A stretch of DNA of 64,000 bases from Octopus vulgaris (Eukaryota): assembly GCA_951406725.2 (NCBI GenBank), contig OX597839.1, positions 15,748,001 through 15,812,000 on the forward strand. Direction: 5' to 3'. Of this stretch, positions 39,437 to 52,020 are shown piece by piece. Every line of letters begins with the position of its first letter. The first letter of the stretch is position 1. The translations under genes and the position numbers were made by a program. Under the pieces are notes generated by a model that ran no database searches, was not told where the DNA came from, and saw only the letters and a program-made list of their open reading frames with translations.

Positions 39437-40388
39437 GAGATGAATAAATAATTTCTTAGCTCCCTCCTTCTATCTCCATCTCCACACACACACACATTAT
39501 ATAAATATATAGATAGATAGTTCTGTTATTGGTAGGATCAACAAAAGAAATGTTTTCCATCCAATGAGATATCGTTCAATAAACACTGGCTTTAGATGTA
39601 TGTGCATACACACACACTTTTATTAAAGCTGCAAAATTATCACAAGACTGTTTCTCTGAGTTTCACATTCCTCTTCATCAGACAGTTGGGATCACAACTT
39701 TCCAACAAATGGGAATGTGAAACTGGTGATAATTTTTCCTGCTTTAATAAAAAGCACATTACTCTACCTTTGGTATTTGAGTACTATTTTTTCCACCTTG
39801 TTTTGCACTTGTGTGATCACCTCTGTGCATGTGTGTGTATACATCCACACACTGCTCATAGTATGAAAACACCACAAGCATGAACCAACAAAAGATCCTT
39901 TATATAACCATGAGGGTCCATTCAAATAAAAGGGGTCCATAGGTAACAAAAATAATTGAGAAACACTGAGATAAATATACTACTACCTAGGTATTGTCAC
40001 CTGTCACCTGTTTTTCGAGTAAGGGATCTCATTTCACAAATCTTCTGATGCATGAAACAAGCAATTGACAAAATAACAACACAGCTCATAAACTTTCATA
40101 AAGTACAAAAGCAAAAAAAAAAACTGCACACACACATCTTTCAGCTTCCATCAACCAAAGTCATTTCATAAGGTTTTGGTCAGCCTGGGGATGTGTGTGG
40201 AAGGATACATTTGCATAAAGTACCATACATCAAGACTGAACCCTAAAATAGACACACACACAGATAAATAGATAGATATTAATATTTAGCAGAAGTGACA
40301 GAGTAACTCAAGGTCCAAGAGTTACATGCTTTGGTACTTAAGTAATAAAAATATATATATACTCATATTTTCAGTGCTATGTTTTCCT

Positions 40389-40803
40389 TATTTCTTCACT
40401 GCCCGCAAGGGGCTACACACAGAGGGAACAAACAAGGACAGACAAAGGGATTAAGTTGATTACATCGACCCCAGTACGTAACTGGTACTTAATTTATCAA
40501 CCCTGAAAGGATGAAAGGCAAAGTTGACCTCGGCGAAATTTGAACTCAGAACGTAATGGCAGATGAAATACCTATTTCTTAACTACCAACAAGGGGCTAA
40601 ACACAGAGGGGACAAACAAGGACAGACAAACGGATTAAGTCGATTACATTGACCCCAGAGCGTAACTGGTACTTAATTTATCGACCCCAAAAGGATGAAA
40701 GGCAAAGTCGACCTCAGCAGAATTTGAACTCAGAACATAACGGCAGATGAAATACCGTTAAGCATTTCTCCTGGCGTGCTAACGTTTCTGCCAGCTCGCT
40801 GCC
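40389..40803 (-). mobile_element. SINE family B (long-tail subfamily) head-to-tail dimer, 184-bp period
   Basis: Full unit at 40573-40803 plus a 5'-truncated unit at 40389-40572. Confidence 0.88.
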
Positions 40804-41269
40804 TTTCTGTTTACATCAACATGTATGTGTGTGTGTGTGTGTGTGTGTAATGCTCGAAATGAGGAGTAGATGGACAGCCGACAACTGATGAAGGGTCGTT
40901 CTTTATGTTACTTGGCCTATTTTCCATTTGTTTCTCGCGTTTATGTATTCAACTCTTGTTTTCGTGTTTCATGTTTACAGTTTGTGACATCCTGTACCCA
41001 TATATGCATATATGTGTATGTGTGTACATATACATATATATATGAGAGAGCAAGAGAGAGAGAAAGGCAAATTGAAAATAAATAAAAAAATCAACAAACA
41101 TCAAAAGGATGTACACAGTAAAATGTGTTGGGGTGACGCTCAATTTAAGATGAAAAAAGATGGGGGGGGGGTGTAACGTTTCGAACATGGCTCTTCGTTA
41201 GAAAGGTTCAGACAGAAGGAAAAAAAATAATCCCAGAAAAGTATGTGTGTGGTCACACACACATTACAC

Positions 41270-41302
<33 letters not shown>

Positions 41303-41599
41303 TTACACATATATATATATATATACACACACACACATAGCATATGAATATGCTCAAATAAACACCCATATATAAATCTATTTCACAAATACAGATACAA
41401 GCAGACAGTTGTCCCCACCACCCCCGTAATGACACCTACACATTCTAAGCTACAAACCTCACACTCATCTACTGGCACACCCACCCACCCACACAAACAT
41501 GCCCTGGCAAACATAAGCAAATACATAGAGAGACACAGAAAAATATAAACCCCCACCCATACACACACCCTTATTGACAAAAACATAGCTAGCTAAAAA

Positions 41600-41783
41600 G
41601 GGAGAGCTTACATGTAGTCATTTGACGTGCTAAAAATAGCAGCCAAATTCTCGAAAATTGCACTAACATCTTAAAAGAGAGAGACATTGGACAACATGGT
41701 CATAGGTGACAGAGGGCATCACAGGTGAAATACTTTTGATCACAGATCTGCTTGGTCTGGGCTGACCTGGGGCTAAACAACTA
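41600..41783 (+). repeat. Representative of an abundant old ~190-bp interspersed repeat
   Basis: TGCTAGAAATAGCAGCCAAAT..GGATGGTCATGG..TTTGATCATAG..GGGCTAAACAAC. Related copies near 15330, 16550(-), 24210, 24400, 27710, 37200(-), 48800, 50240, 51150(-) and 61700. Confidence 0.75.
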
Positions 41784-42035
41784 CCAATATACAACACATG
41801 GTGCTCACCTATCCACCCTTCTCTCAGTATCTTCTGATACAACCTTACTAGCAGAATCTGACTGTCTTCATTCATCTCAAAGGTGAAAGGTTATCTCGTT
41901 GCTTGTGCAAAGCATTCTCATATGTTTGTCCTGAACATCCATGCTCGTTTTCAGACTTTTAGCTTCATACATCCTGAGTAATACAAGTCCCAAGTTACTT
42001 CAATTGTTGGAAAAAATTGGGAAAATGTATCAATA

Positions 42036-42449
42036 GGCGCAGGAGTGGCTGTGTGGTAAGAAGCTTGGTTCCAGGTTCAGTCCCACTGAATGGGACCTTG
42101 GGAAAGTATCTTCTACTATAGCCTTGGGCCGGCCAAAGCCTTGTTAGTGGATTTGGTAGATGGAAACTGAAAAAGTCCATCATGTTAGTGTGTGTGTATG
42201 TGTATGTATATATATGTATATATTTATGTGTTTGTACCCGTGTTTGTCTCCCACCATCACTTAACAATTGATGTCAGTGTGTTTACGTTCCCATAACTTA
42301 GCGGTTTGGCAAAATAGACCAATAGAATAAAGTACTAGGCTTACAAGGAATAAGTCCTGGGGTCAATTTCTCCAACTAAAAACCCTTTAAGGCAGTGCTC
42401 CAGCATGGCCACAGTCAAATGGCTGAAACAAGTTAAAGAATAAAAGAAT
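42036..42449 (+). mobile_element. SINE family A, full length
   Basis: GGCGCAGGAGTGGCTGTGTGGTAAG head through the tail. Confidence 0.88.
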
Positions 42450-42759
42450 ATGGTAGAGGAACCCCAGGGAAATGTCTTGTGTATCACAAGTGATAGATGG
42501 ACATCAGGGGAAATGTCCTGTGTATTACAAAGGGAAGGAAATGGGTTAGCTGAGGATGTTGGCAAGAGAAATCTTTCAAAGACACCATTGTCAGTTAATC
42601 CGTTTATTTAAATAACCAGAGATAATTAATTTCATTGTTAAATAACAGATAATTATCTGTTAAACAGCTTCTACAATTAATTACAGTATCAATTGTAGTA
42701 ACAACAACAACCACCTTACAATGACAATACAACAGTAATGCTTACAATACTAACATGTG

Positions 42760-42824
42760 TGCGTATACACACATACATACATATATATATACACATACAT
42801 ACATATATATATATATATATACAC

Positions 42825-42855
<31 letters not shown>

Positions 42856-43165
42856 CACACATACATACATATATATATATATATATACACACATACATAC
42901 ATATATATATATATATATACACACATACATACATATATATATATATATACACACATACATACATATATATATATATATACACACATACATACATATATAT
43001 ATATATATACACACATACATACATATATATATATATATACACACACATACATATATATATATACACACATACATACATATATATATATACACACATACAT
43101 ACATATATATATATACACACATACATACATATATATATATATATACACACACACACATACATATG

Positions 43166-43199
<34 letters not shown>

Positions 43200-43353
43200 C
43201 ACACATACATACATATATATATACACACATACATACATATATATATACACACATACATACATATATATATACACACATACATACATATATATATATATAT
43301 ATACACACATACATACATATATATATATATACACACACATACACATACATATG

Positions 43354-43387
<34 letters not shown>

Positions 43388-44240
43388 CACACAAACATAC
43401 ATATATATATACACACATACATACATATATATATACACACATACATACATACATATATATATACACATACATACATACATATATATATACACACATACAT
43501 ACATACATATACACACATACATACATATATATATATATACACACATACATACATACATATACACACATATACATACATATACATATATATATACACACAT
43601 ACATACATATATATATATACACACATACATACATATATATATATACACACATACATACATATATATATACACACATACATACATATATATATACACACAT
43701 ACATACATATATATATATATACACATACATACATATATATATATATATATACACACATACATACATATATATATACACACATACATATATATATATATAT
43801 ACACATACATACATATATATATATATATATACACATACATACATATATATATATATACACATACATACATATATATATATATACACATACATACATATAT
43901 ATATATACACATACATACATATATATATATATACACATACATACATATATATATATATACACATACATACATATATATATACACACATACATACATATAC
44001 ACACATACATACATATATATATATATACACACATACATACATATATATATATACACACATACATATATATACACACATACATATATATACACACATACAT
44101 ACATATATATATATACACATACATACATACATATATACACACACACATACATACACACATACACACATATATATATACACATATATATATATACACACAC
44201 ACACATACATACACACATATATATACACACATGCAAATAC
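42760..44240. repeat. 1.5-kb compound (CA)(CATA)(TA) satellite, ~24-32-bp higher-order period
   Basis: Direct reading. Confidence 0.96.
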
Positions 44241-45064
44241 AAGAGTAGTACAAACACACACTATTCATTGCATACAAACAAAATAGAAATATAACATTAC
44301 ACACACACTGCTATTATAAACACATCGTCTCTCACACATCTACATTATATTATACATTCACCCACATTCCTCATTTATACACACAGAAATAAAATATTAT
44401 ACACACACTATCACCATATGCACGCAAAAATACATAACACCCACAATCAATTTGTTCAGACAAGTATATTAATATACACAGCATCAAATACATTATACAC
44501 ACACACACACACACACATTATACATAAACACGAAAAGCAATTCTGGTCATCTACGCCAATCACAAAGTATCTTTGCATGTCAAAGGCAAATAAATTAGTC
44601 ACCTGTCAAGAAAACAGATACTGACAGCCATCACCTGTGGAAAGAGATAAAAATCTACCCTAAAAATAGCCATCCAACCATCAGAAAGGAGACAGAAGAA
44701 AGCTTCTCCCTCTTACACAAACCTGCAGCAAACCTTCATAATATGGACCAACACTGCCAGTTTAAGGATCTTGAGTTCAAATCAACCTATTGCAGATTAC
44801 TTCACTTTTTCTGAATAACCTTTTTACACATACACACAGACCCTTGAGAAGGCCATTATGCCAATAATAAACACACAGTGGTTCAATATCACTTCTATAT
44901 TAAATAGTTGGCTATTGATTAAATAGTTGGCTGATTGACTAACAATAAAAAAAAATGATACTGAACCAGTGTGTGTGTTTATTATTGTTGGCATAACGAC
45001 CCTCCCAAAACACAAGATTTATTTCAGTACACAAACTCACATCAAGAATCTTGCAAGCCTAATA

Positions 45065-45745
45065 CAAAAACAAAGTAGAATTTGTGGAAGAAGGAGACCC
45101 AAAAAGACACGAGACAAAGTACTGAAGGATGGCCTTGGAATGCTGAACAAGATGACAAAGTTTACATTCGACGGATATTTGTCATCTTGTTTGCTGTTAA
45201 CATAATGTTTCGGCTGATATACCCTCCAGCCTTCTTCGGGTGTCTTGGGAAAATTTTGAACCTGGGTTCTCATTCCTAAGGCATTTTTCGATATTATTGT
45301 TATTATAATTATTGTTCAGGTCACTGCTTGGAATCGAACTTGGAATCTTGGGGTTAATAGCCTGCGCTCTTAACCACTACAAATACCTGTCAAATGTAAA
45401 TAATGTATATAATTCCTTATCTCTTAAATATAGAACTGTAAGATGACAAAGCACTGAGATAGCTGGCACCATACTACTGTACTCAAGAAGACCCAAACAT
45501 CACAGCAGAATGGTGGAGGTCACTCACTAGTGAAGAGGATTGGTCTACAAGAGTCTTGTGGCACTTGTGAGTGCCATGTAGAAGCACTGAGCACACACAG
45601 TAAAGTGGCTGGTGTTAGGAAGGGCATCCAGCCACAGCAAACATGTCAAATCAGACTGGACCTTGGTACAGCACTCCAGCTTGCCAGCTCTGGTCAAATC
45701 ATCCAACCCAAGCCAGCATGGAAACACACACACACTAAATGAAAA
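45065..45745 (+). mobile_element. RTE-clade LINE 3' end, split by an insertion
   Basis: CGRRRPKKTRDKVLKDGLGMLNKMTK (RTE C-terminus). Sequence resumes after 45451 and runs into the AGGAAGGGCATCCAGCC..CCAGCATGGAAA tail. Confidence 0.72.
45161..45439 (-). mobile_element. Non-autonomous Penelope-like/SINE-like element with tRNA-like head and hammerhead-like motif
   Basis: 12-bp direct repeat AAGATGACAAAG (45149-45160 / 45440-45451). Minus strand GTAGTGGTTAAGAGCGCAGGCTATTAACC..AGTTCGATTCC and CCGAAGA-A-GGCTG-N10-CAGCC-GAAAC-ATT. 22-bp inverted repeat. Confidence 0.7.
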
Positions 45746-45757
45746 GATATATATATA

Positions 45758-45976
45758 CACGAAGGTGTGCTGAAAAGTTCCTGGCTTTAGGTAAAATAAA
45801 ATACAGGAGGATCAGTTAATTATGATTTTATTCAACTTATTCCCTCTCAGAATCAAGTTCTTATTGCAATGATCCTAATTTTTTCTAAGCATTAAGAAAT
45901 CAGAAGGTTGCCCCCCCACCCAACCAGGCCTTACACAATACTCTCAAAGCCAGGAACTTTTCAGCACCCCCTCATA
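45758..45976 (-). mobile_element. Mariner-derived MITE (uninterrupted)
   Basis: TIRs GTGCTGAAAAGTTCCTGGCTTT / AAAGCCAGGAACTTTTCAGCAC in TA-rich flanks. Confidence 0.88.
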
Positions 45977-46224
45977 TATATATATATACACACACACACA
46001 GATATTAGTGAGGGATTTATTAATCTATGCAAAATACTTTATAAGCTCTCTTTTAATACAAATACACAAGGCTAACAAAAGTTTTTAGATTACAAAATAA
46101 TTTTGCATATTCTTATGGCAGGGTCCAAAGGTTATATTTTATCACCATTCTATATTGTAAATCCATGGTTGTATTCCCAATTAAAGCAGTCTTTTACACA
46201 AAATGAAACGTGTGTGTGTGTGTG

Positions 46225-46400
46225 TCATTATCAACATTTAATGTCTATTTTCCATGTTGGTAATGGGTTGGACAGCTTGAGAGGAACTGGTAAGGCCAGG
46301 GGCCACAACAGGTTCCATAGCCTGTTTTGGTTTGATTTCTACAAATGGATGCCCTTCCTAATGCCAACCACACCATGGAGTTTACAGAGAGCACCCTCAC
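46225..46400 (-). mobile_element. RTE-type 3' tail
   Basis: TTTTCCATGTTGGTAATGGGTTGGAC..GGATGCCCTTCCTAATGCCAACCAC. Confidence 0.75.
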
Positions 46401-46410
46401 CAACGCTTGT

Positions 46411-46462
<52 letters not shown>

Positions 46463-46572
46463 CATATATACACACACACACACACTGACTCTCAGTCTTT
46501 TATACGCTAGGCCACTGGTGTTTAAATTGATGTTATTAAATTAATATCCAATTTTTTCACCCTCATTTTGAC

Positions 46573-46606
<34 letters not shown>

Positions 46607-47019
46607 GGCGCAGGAGTGGCTCTGTGGTAAGTAGCTTGTCTACCAACCACATGGTTCCGGGTTCAGTCCCACTGCGTGGCACCTTGGGCAAGTGTCTTCT
46701 ACTATAGCCTCAGGCCAACCAAAGCCTTGTGAGTGGATTTGGTAGACGGAAACTGAAAGAAGCCTGTCGTATATATGTATGTATATATATATATATATAT
46801 ATATGCGTGTGTGTGTTTGTGTGTCTGTGTTTGTCCCCTAGCATTGCTTGACAACCGATGCTGGTGTGTTTATGTCCCTGTTACTTAGCAGTTCGGCAAA
46901 CGCGACCGATAGAATAAGTACTAGGCTTACAAAAGAATAAGTCCCGGGGTCGAGTTGCTCGATTAAAGGCGGTGCTCCAGCATGGCCACAGTCAAATGAC
47001 TGAAACAAGTAAAAGAGAG
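46607..47019 (+). mobile_element. SINE family A, young reference-like copy inserted in (TA)n
   Basis: A-box TGGCTCTGTGG, B-box GGTTCAGTCCC, CORE-like GCACCTTGGGCAAGTGTCTT, microsatellite hinge, tail GGCGGTGCTCCAGCATGGCCACAGTCAAATGACTGAAAC. CpGs retained. Confidence 0.92.
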
Positions 47020-47054
<35 letters not shown>

Positions 47055-47452
47055 ACACACAAAACTATGTGTGCAGGATTCTTCAACTGCCAGAAAAAAG
47101 CTAGCCAGCTTACCATGTGGCCACCAAGTCATCAGATAAATAAACCCTACAAGCAGTATCTTGAGTGAATAACAGGAAAGGTGGCTGCACCATACATTTC
47201 ATATTGTGAAGGATTTGTAAACAGACATTTAAAGTGGAGTAAAGAAAGATAGAAGGACGAGTATGAAGAAAGACAACAATATATAATGTTATTCCCAGAA
47301 GTGGATACACACACACACACACACACACACAATATAATGGCCTGGGAATGCTAAATTTATATACATGCTTCTCCCCCACTCTCTACCTATCTATCTATCT
47401 AGCTCTCTCTTTTTCTGAAAGTAGAATTTATGAAAAGGAAGTAAAAGGAATC

Positions 47453-47485
<33 letters not shown>

Positions 47486-47558
47486 ACAGTGCAGGGAGAT
47501 GGAAGAAGGTTAGATATTGTGGTGTGGTGTGGTGTGGTGATGGTTTTGAGGGGAAGGG

Positions 47559-47642
47559 GAAGGAATAGATTCCAGAAGAAAATACACACACAAACATGTG
47601 TGTGTGTGTGTGTGTTTATTTTCTTCTGGAATCTATTCCTTC
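47559..47642. repeat. 26-bp perfect inverted repeat enclosing complementary CA/TG tracts
   Basis: GAAGGAATAGATTCCAGAAGAAAATA / TATTTTCTTCTGGAATCTATTCCTTC. Confidence 0.93.
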
Positions 47643-48156
47643 TACCCCCTCCACCTCCCTCAATACCTCCCACACCACACTTATGATTGTGTGTGTGTAG
47701 GATTAGAATAGAAACAGAATGAAGAGAAAAGATTAGCATTAAAAAAAAAATGTTAAATCTAATTTTATCTTTGAGGTGGAAGGTCGGATAATGAACAACA
47801 AAAGTAATAATAATAATAATATTAATAATAATAATAGAAGGAAGGTATATGGTAGGTTGAGAATCAGGAGGGTGGGGCTGAATGCAGGAAAAAAGTTGTC
47901 CTCTCCCCCACAACCCTTTCACAATACTTCTGCTTGTAGTAGTAACAGCAGTGATGGTGGCAGACAAAAACTTACATGTAAGATAAACACACACGCGCAC
48001 ACACGTGGGCTTGTATATAAAAATATACATTATATATACATATACACACACACATATATATACATATATATACACAATATATATATACACAATACATACA
48101 CACACATATAGACACACACATACATATATATAGACACACACACATATACACACATA

Positions 48157-48187
<31 letters not shown>

Positions 48188-48587
48188 TTAAACATATATA
48201 CACATATATACATGCATACATACATACAATATACATATTATATTCAAACATATAAACAGGAAATAAAATACAGATGTCGAAAAGTGGTAGTTTTTTTGAG
48301 GATTCCTGAAATCTCTGGCCCTCCCCCAACACCCACCCACACACACACAATAGTGAGGACGGTGATGGGGAGGCTGAAAGTAGGTTTCTGTTACAGATGT
48401 AATCTAAATGTTTTTAAAATAGATACAACCACCACCTCCAACACCACACTCGTCACCACCACTACTACCATCGCTACAATTACACCACCACCACCACCAC
48501 TTCTACTACTACTACCACCAAGACAATCATCACCATCAACAGCACTAACAACAAGCACGTAACTATTTCATTGCTAATACAAACATC

Positions 48588-48622
<35 letters not shown>

Positions 48623-49129
48623 CCAGAAACATAGACATACAGAGACAGAGACATACAGACAGACGTACATACAGCCAAACATATGTTGTGTTGGAGGAGG
48701 AGGAGGTGATTAACAGACATCTTGGTTACATTAATTGGTATTGAAACCTCACATCATCATTTCAACTGTTAAAACTGGGGAACTGCCAGAACTAATAAGA
48801 GGACATCTATGAAGTGTCTCAAACTGCTAGAAACAGCAGTCAGATCTCCTTCAAATTACACTTAGCTTTGATAAGCAGAGATATACAAAAAAGTCAGGAT
48901 GGTCATGGCTGAAGGCACCAAGTCAGAAGAGAATTGTCCTGGGGTTAAACAGTAACTGGGAAACTGTAGAGAGAAGGGGTTAGAGGGAAGGGACTAGATC
49001 ATTTACAAAAGGAAACGTCAATAGTTAAGGGAGGAGAAAGAAGTTCCCCCACTATCCCTGAATCAACAGTACTCCACCATGGCTCTCATGGCCTCATATG
49101 GCCCTTCATGATCTTCCCTCTATAAATAT

Positions 49130-49735
49130 ATCCCCAAGAGGGTTGTGGGGATAGAGTCCTCAGGTATTTCTTCTGAAGGATCATATCAGAAGCAACTGTC
49201 ACTAGACTTTCCAGCAGGAAGCCCCCAAGCTTAACTGATACCATCAATATTCCCCAAACATCTCATCCATACATGGCCTCTCCCTAGATCACTTGCCGGT
49301 TGACTTGGCTTCAAAAGGTCCGCCTTGTAACATTCTTATACCTCCATCTGTCTTTACCACCCTCTCTTCCTAGGAGGGTTGTAGGGATTCAAGTCCTCAG
49401 GTATTTCCTCCAAAGGATCAGAAGCAACCAGCATTCAACTTTCCAGCAGGAATTCCAAACAAAACCAACTGAGATGTTGAATATTACCCAACCATCTAAT
49501 TTTTTATCTACTCTTTGGTCTCCTGCTGGTTGGCTCAACTTGAAGAATCTTGTCATGTGATTCTTTCCTGTCACATTCTAACCACATGTCCATATTACTA
49601 GAGATGATGGGATCTCTTAAAACAAGGCAGTGGTGGCTCAACCTGGAGAGTCTCCCTGACTTCTGAGCTATGCTGTCTGTTGAGTAACACTACTCCAGAG
49701 ATTTTTCAGAAGAACCCCATTTCAACTACTTGTAT
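49130..49735 (-). mobile_element. Two tandem decayed RTE (Rex3/Expander-like) ORF C-terminal fragments
   Basis: Minus strand EMGFF*KISG..SSEVRETLQVEP..YGHVVRM..PTSRRPKSR*KIRWLGNI..WRKYLR, with a second diverged copy of the last ~200 bp. Confidence 0.7.
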
Positions 49736-51827
49736 TTGCAAAATAAAATAAATTACTAAAGATGAGATAAAATAAATAATGGTGGATTGGTAGATTCAAA
49801 ATATCTTGAGGTAAATATGTATTCCAACTCTGTATGTTCAGAGTTCAAATCCTACCAAGATCAACTTCCTAGGTTCATAGAAACAAAGTACCAATCAAGT
49901 ACAGGAGTGATTTAACTGACTAAGGCTCCCCTGGAATTGTGAGGCCTTGTGGCTGTATTCCAAATCACTGATGTTGCACTGCAGGGCCAATGAAACATAA
50001 AGCCCTATCAACTCTGCTCCTTCATTCCCTATCAACAAATCAGGAAGACTCTGAATCAGAAGTGCTCCACCATGGCTCTCACAGCCTCATATGGCCCTTC
50101 ATGATCTTCCCTCTATAAATAAGAGATTTTTCATTAATTGACTTGTTTTACTTTTTTTCGAGCAGCCCCCTAAGAAAAAATCCAGATTTGGGATCTGGTC
50201 CAGATATCAAAGGGGTTGACAAACACTACTCTAAACTGTTACTCAACTGGCTAGAATTAACAACTGATTTTTCTTAAACCCTTAGTAAAAAAGAGAAACA
50301 GATAATGTGGTTCCTGGTATACAGAAAGACCAAGATGGTCAGAACTGGAGTGCCTTTGATAATAGGTCTAATCAATGAAGGTTGATCAGGGGGTATGGGA
50401 AGAGGCTAAGCAACAATATCTCTGTATGATCCTCAAATCTTTTTACATGGTCGATGGACATGCTAGAAATAGCAACCAAATGTCCCTTAAATCAAATCTT
50501 GCCATTATCAAATGTGTCCTATTTTCAAGACAACAGGTGTGATTTGTGGGAGACTTGGTTGGTATTTTTAGAAGGTTGAAAGGCTGTATAGAGGCTTCCC
50601 TGTTGGCTGGACATGGGTTGTGGAAGCTGAAGAGAAAAAGTGATGGCTGTGATGTCCGTGTATTAACTTGACTTAAAAGGTTGAAAACTAGCAAACTGAG
50701 AAAACAGCTGACCACAATAAAGGTATCATCAGACAGCCCAGAACAATGATGGTCTTCGTAGTAGTGGTGGTGGTGGTGGTGGCTACAATTCCAGTAATTG
50801 GCAGAGAACTTAATCACTTGATTAGTTTGTGGTGGTGACTGGATTTACAGAAATTACATCCACACACAGGAACAAGGAAAGAAGAAGAGTCTGTGGTGGA
50901 AAAGATATGTAATGGATAGTAGGGATGACACCTGTAGAATAAAATAGTTTTGTGTGTGTGAGAGAGAGATAGAGAGAGAGTGTGTACTTGTGACAAAGGA
51001 AGATGACCAGAGAAGGTAAGAGTATGACAAATGCCACTGAAGGATGGTGATCTATATCTATACCACCACATCTAAGCTATGTTAGCAGGGAAAGATAGCA
51101 GCAGCAGCAGCAACAGTAGCAGTAGTAGTAGTAGTAGTAGTAGTAGTAGTTTAACCCAGCTCAACCCTGACTGAGCAGATCTATGATGAAAGGTGTTTCA
51201 GCTGTTTTTTTTTCTATGGGTACCTAGGAATACATTATCCATTATGTCCTTCCCATTTTCAAGATTGTAATTTAAGAGTCAAACGACCACATAAAAGCTC
51301 CCTTATTAGCTTGAAACGGTTAATGTTGTTGTTAGTAGTGATGATGATGATGAATGAATGTCAAATGTTTTAATGATGTCCTCCATTCTCCTCTAATTTT
51401 TTCAATCGAATAACATTCTTCCTTTTGCATTTCCACACCAGTATAAGTTAGACATGACTTCTTCAGTCAGTATCCTATGTCTGGATGCCCTTCTCAATGC
51501 CAGCCCTTGTGTTCAACTATGGTATTTTATTCCATACCTTTTCATGTTAACTTGCCGGGCTGCCTAACTTTTCCAATGTCAACACTTCAGTATCCAAGCA
51601 ATTACAAAGACAAACACATAGAAACAAACACACATATATACATAATTATACACACACACACACACACACTTTATCAACCATGGAACCATTAATCACATCA
51701 CATTTTCTTTCTCCACTTGTTTCCTTTCATCCCTTAAAGATTTTTCCATTTTTCCCGAGCATTAAACTAATAAACCTGCTTGTTGCTCCCTCACCTGTTT
51801 CTTTGTCTTGCTTTCTGTACAGTTGGA

Positions 51828-52020
51828 CCGAGTGACGCATTGTGTTCTTGAGCAAAACACTTAATTTCACGTTGCTTCAGTCCACTCAGCTGGCAAAAAT
51901 GAGTAATGCTGTGATGAACTGGCATCCCATCTAGCTGGGGAACATATATGCCATTGAGACCGGGAAACCGGGCCCATGAGCCTGGCTAGGCTTTAAAAAG
52001 GGAGCATTTATTTTTTTTAT
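51828..52020 (+). mobile_element. 5'-truncated SINE with CORE-like segment
   Basis: GTGTTCTTGAGCAAAACACTT..CACTCAGCTGGCAAAAATGAGTA..GATGAACTGGCATCCCATC..GAAACCGGG. Confidence 0.55.

Noticed and set aside
40885-40895. CTGATGAAGGG hammerhead start
   Set aside because: No closing stem II or GAAA nearby; possibly a Penelope-related remnant but unsupported.
42716-44304. ~500-aa ORFs in all six frames (also at 2.8-4.6, 20.4-21.5, 26.4, 29.7 and 35.2 kb)
   Set aside because: CA/TA/TG repeats lack stop codons, so the YI/HT/CV translations are artefacts.
46607-46680. tRNA genes at SINE heads
   Set aside because: A/B boxes continue into SINE bodies, there is no complete cloverleaf, and many decayed copies exist.
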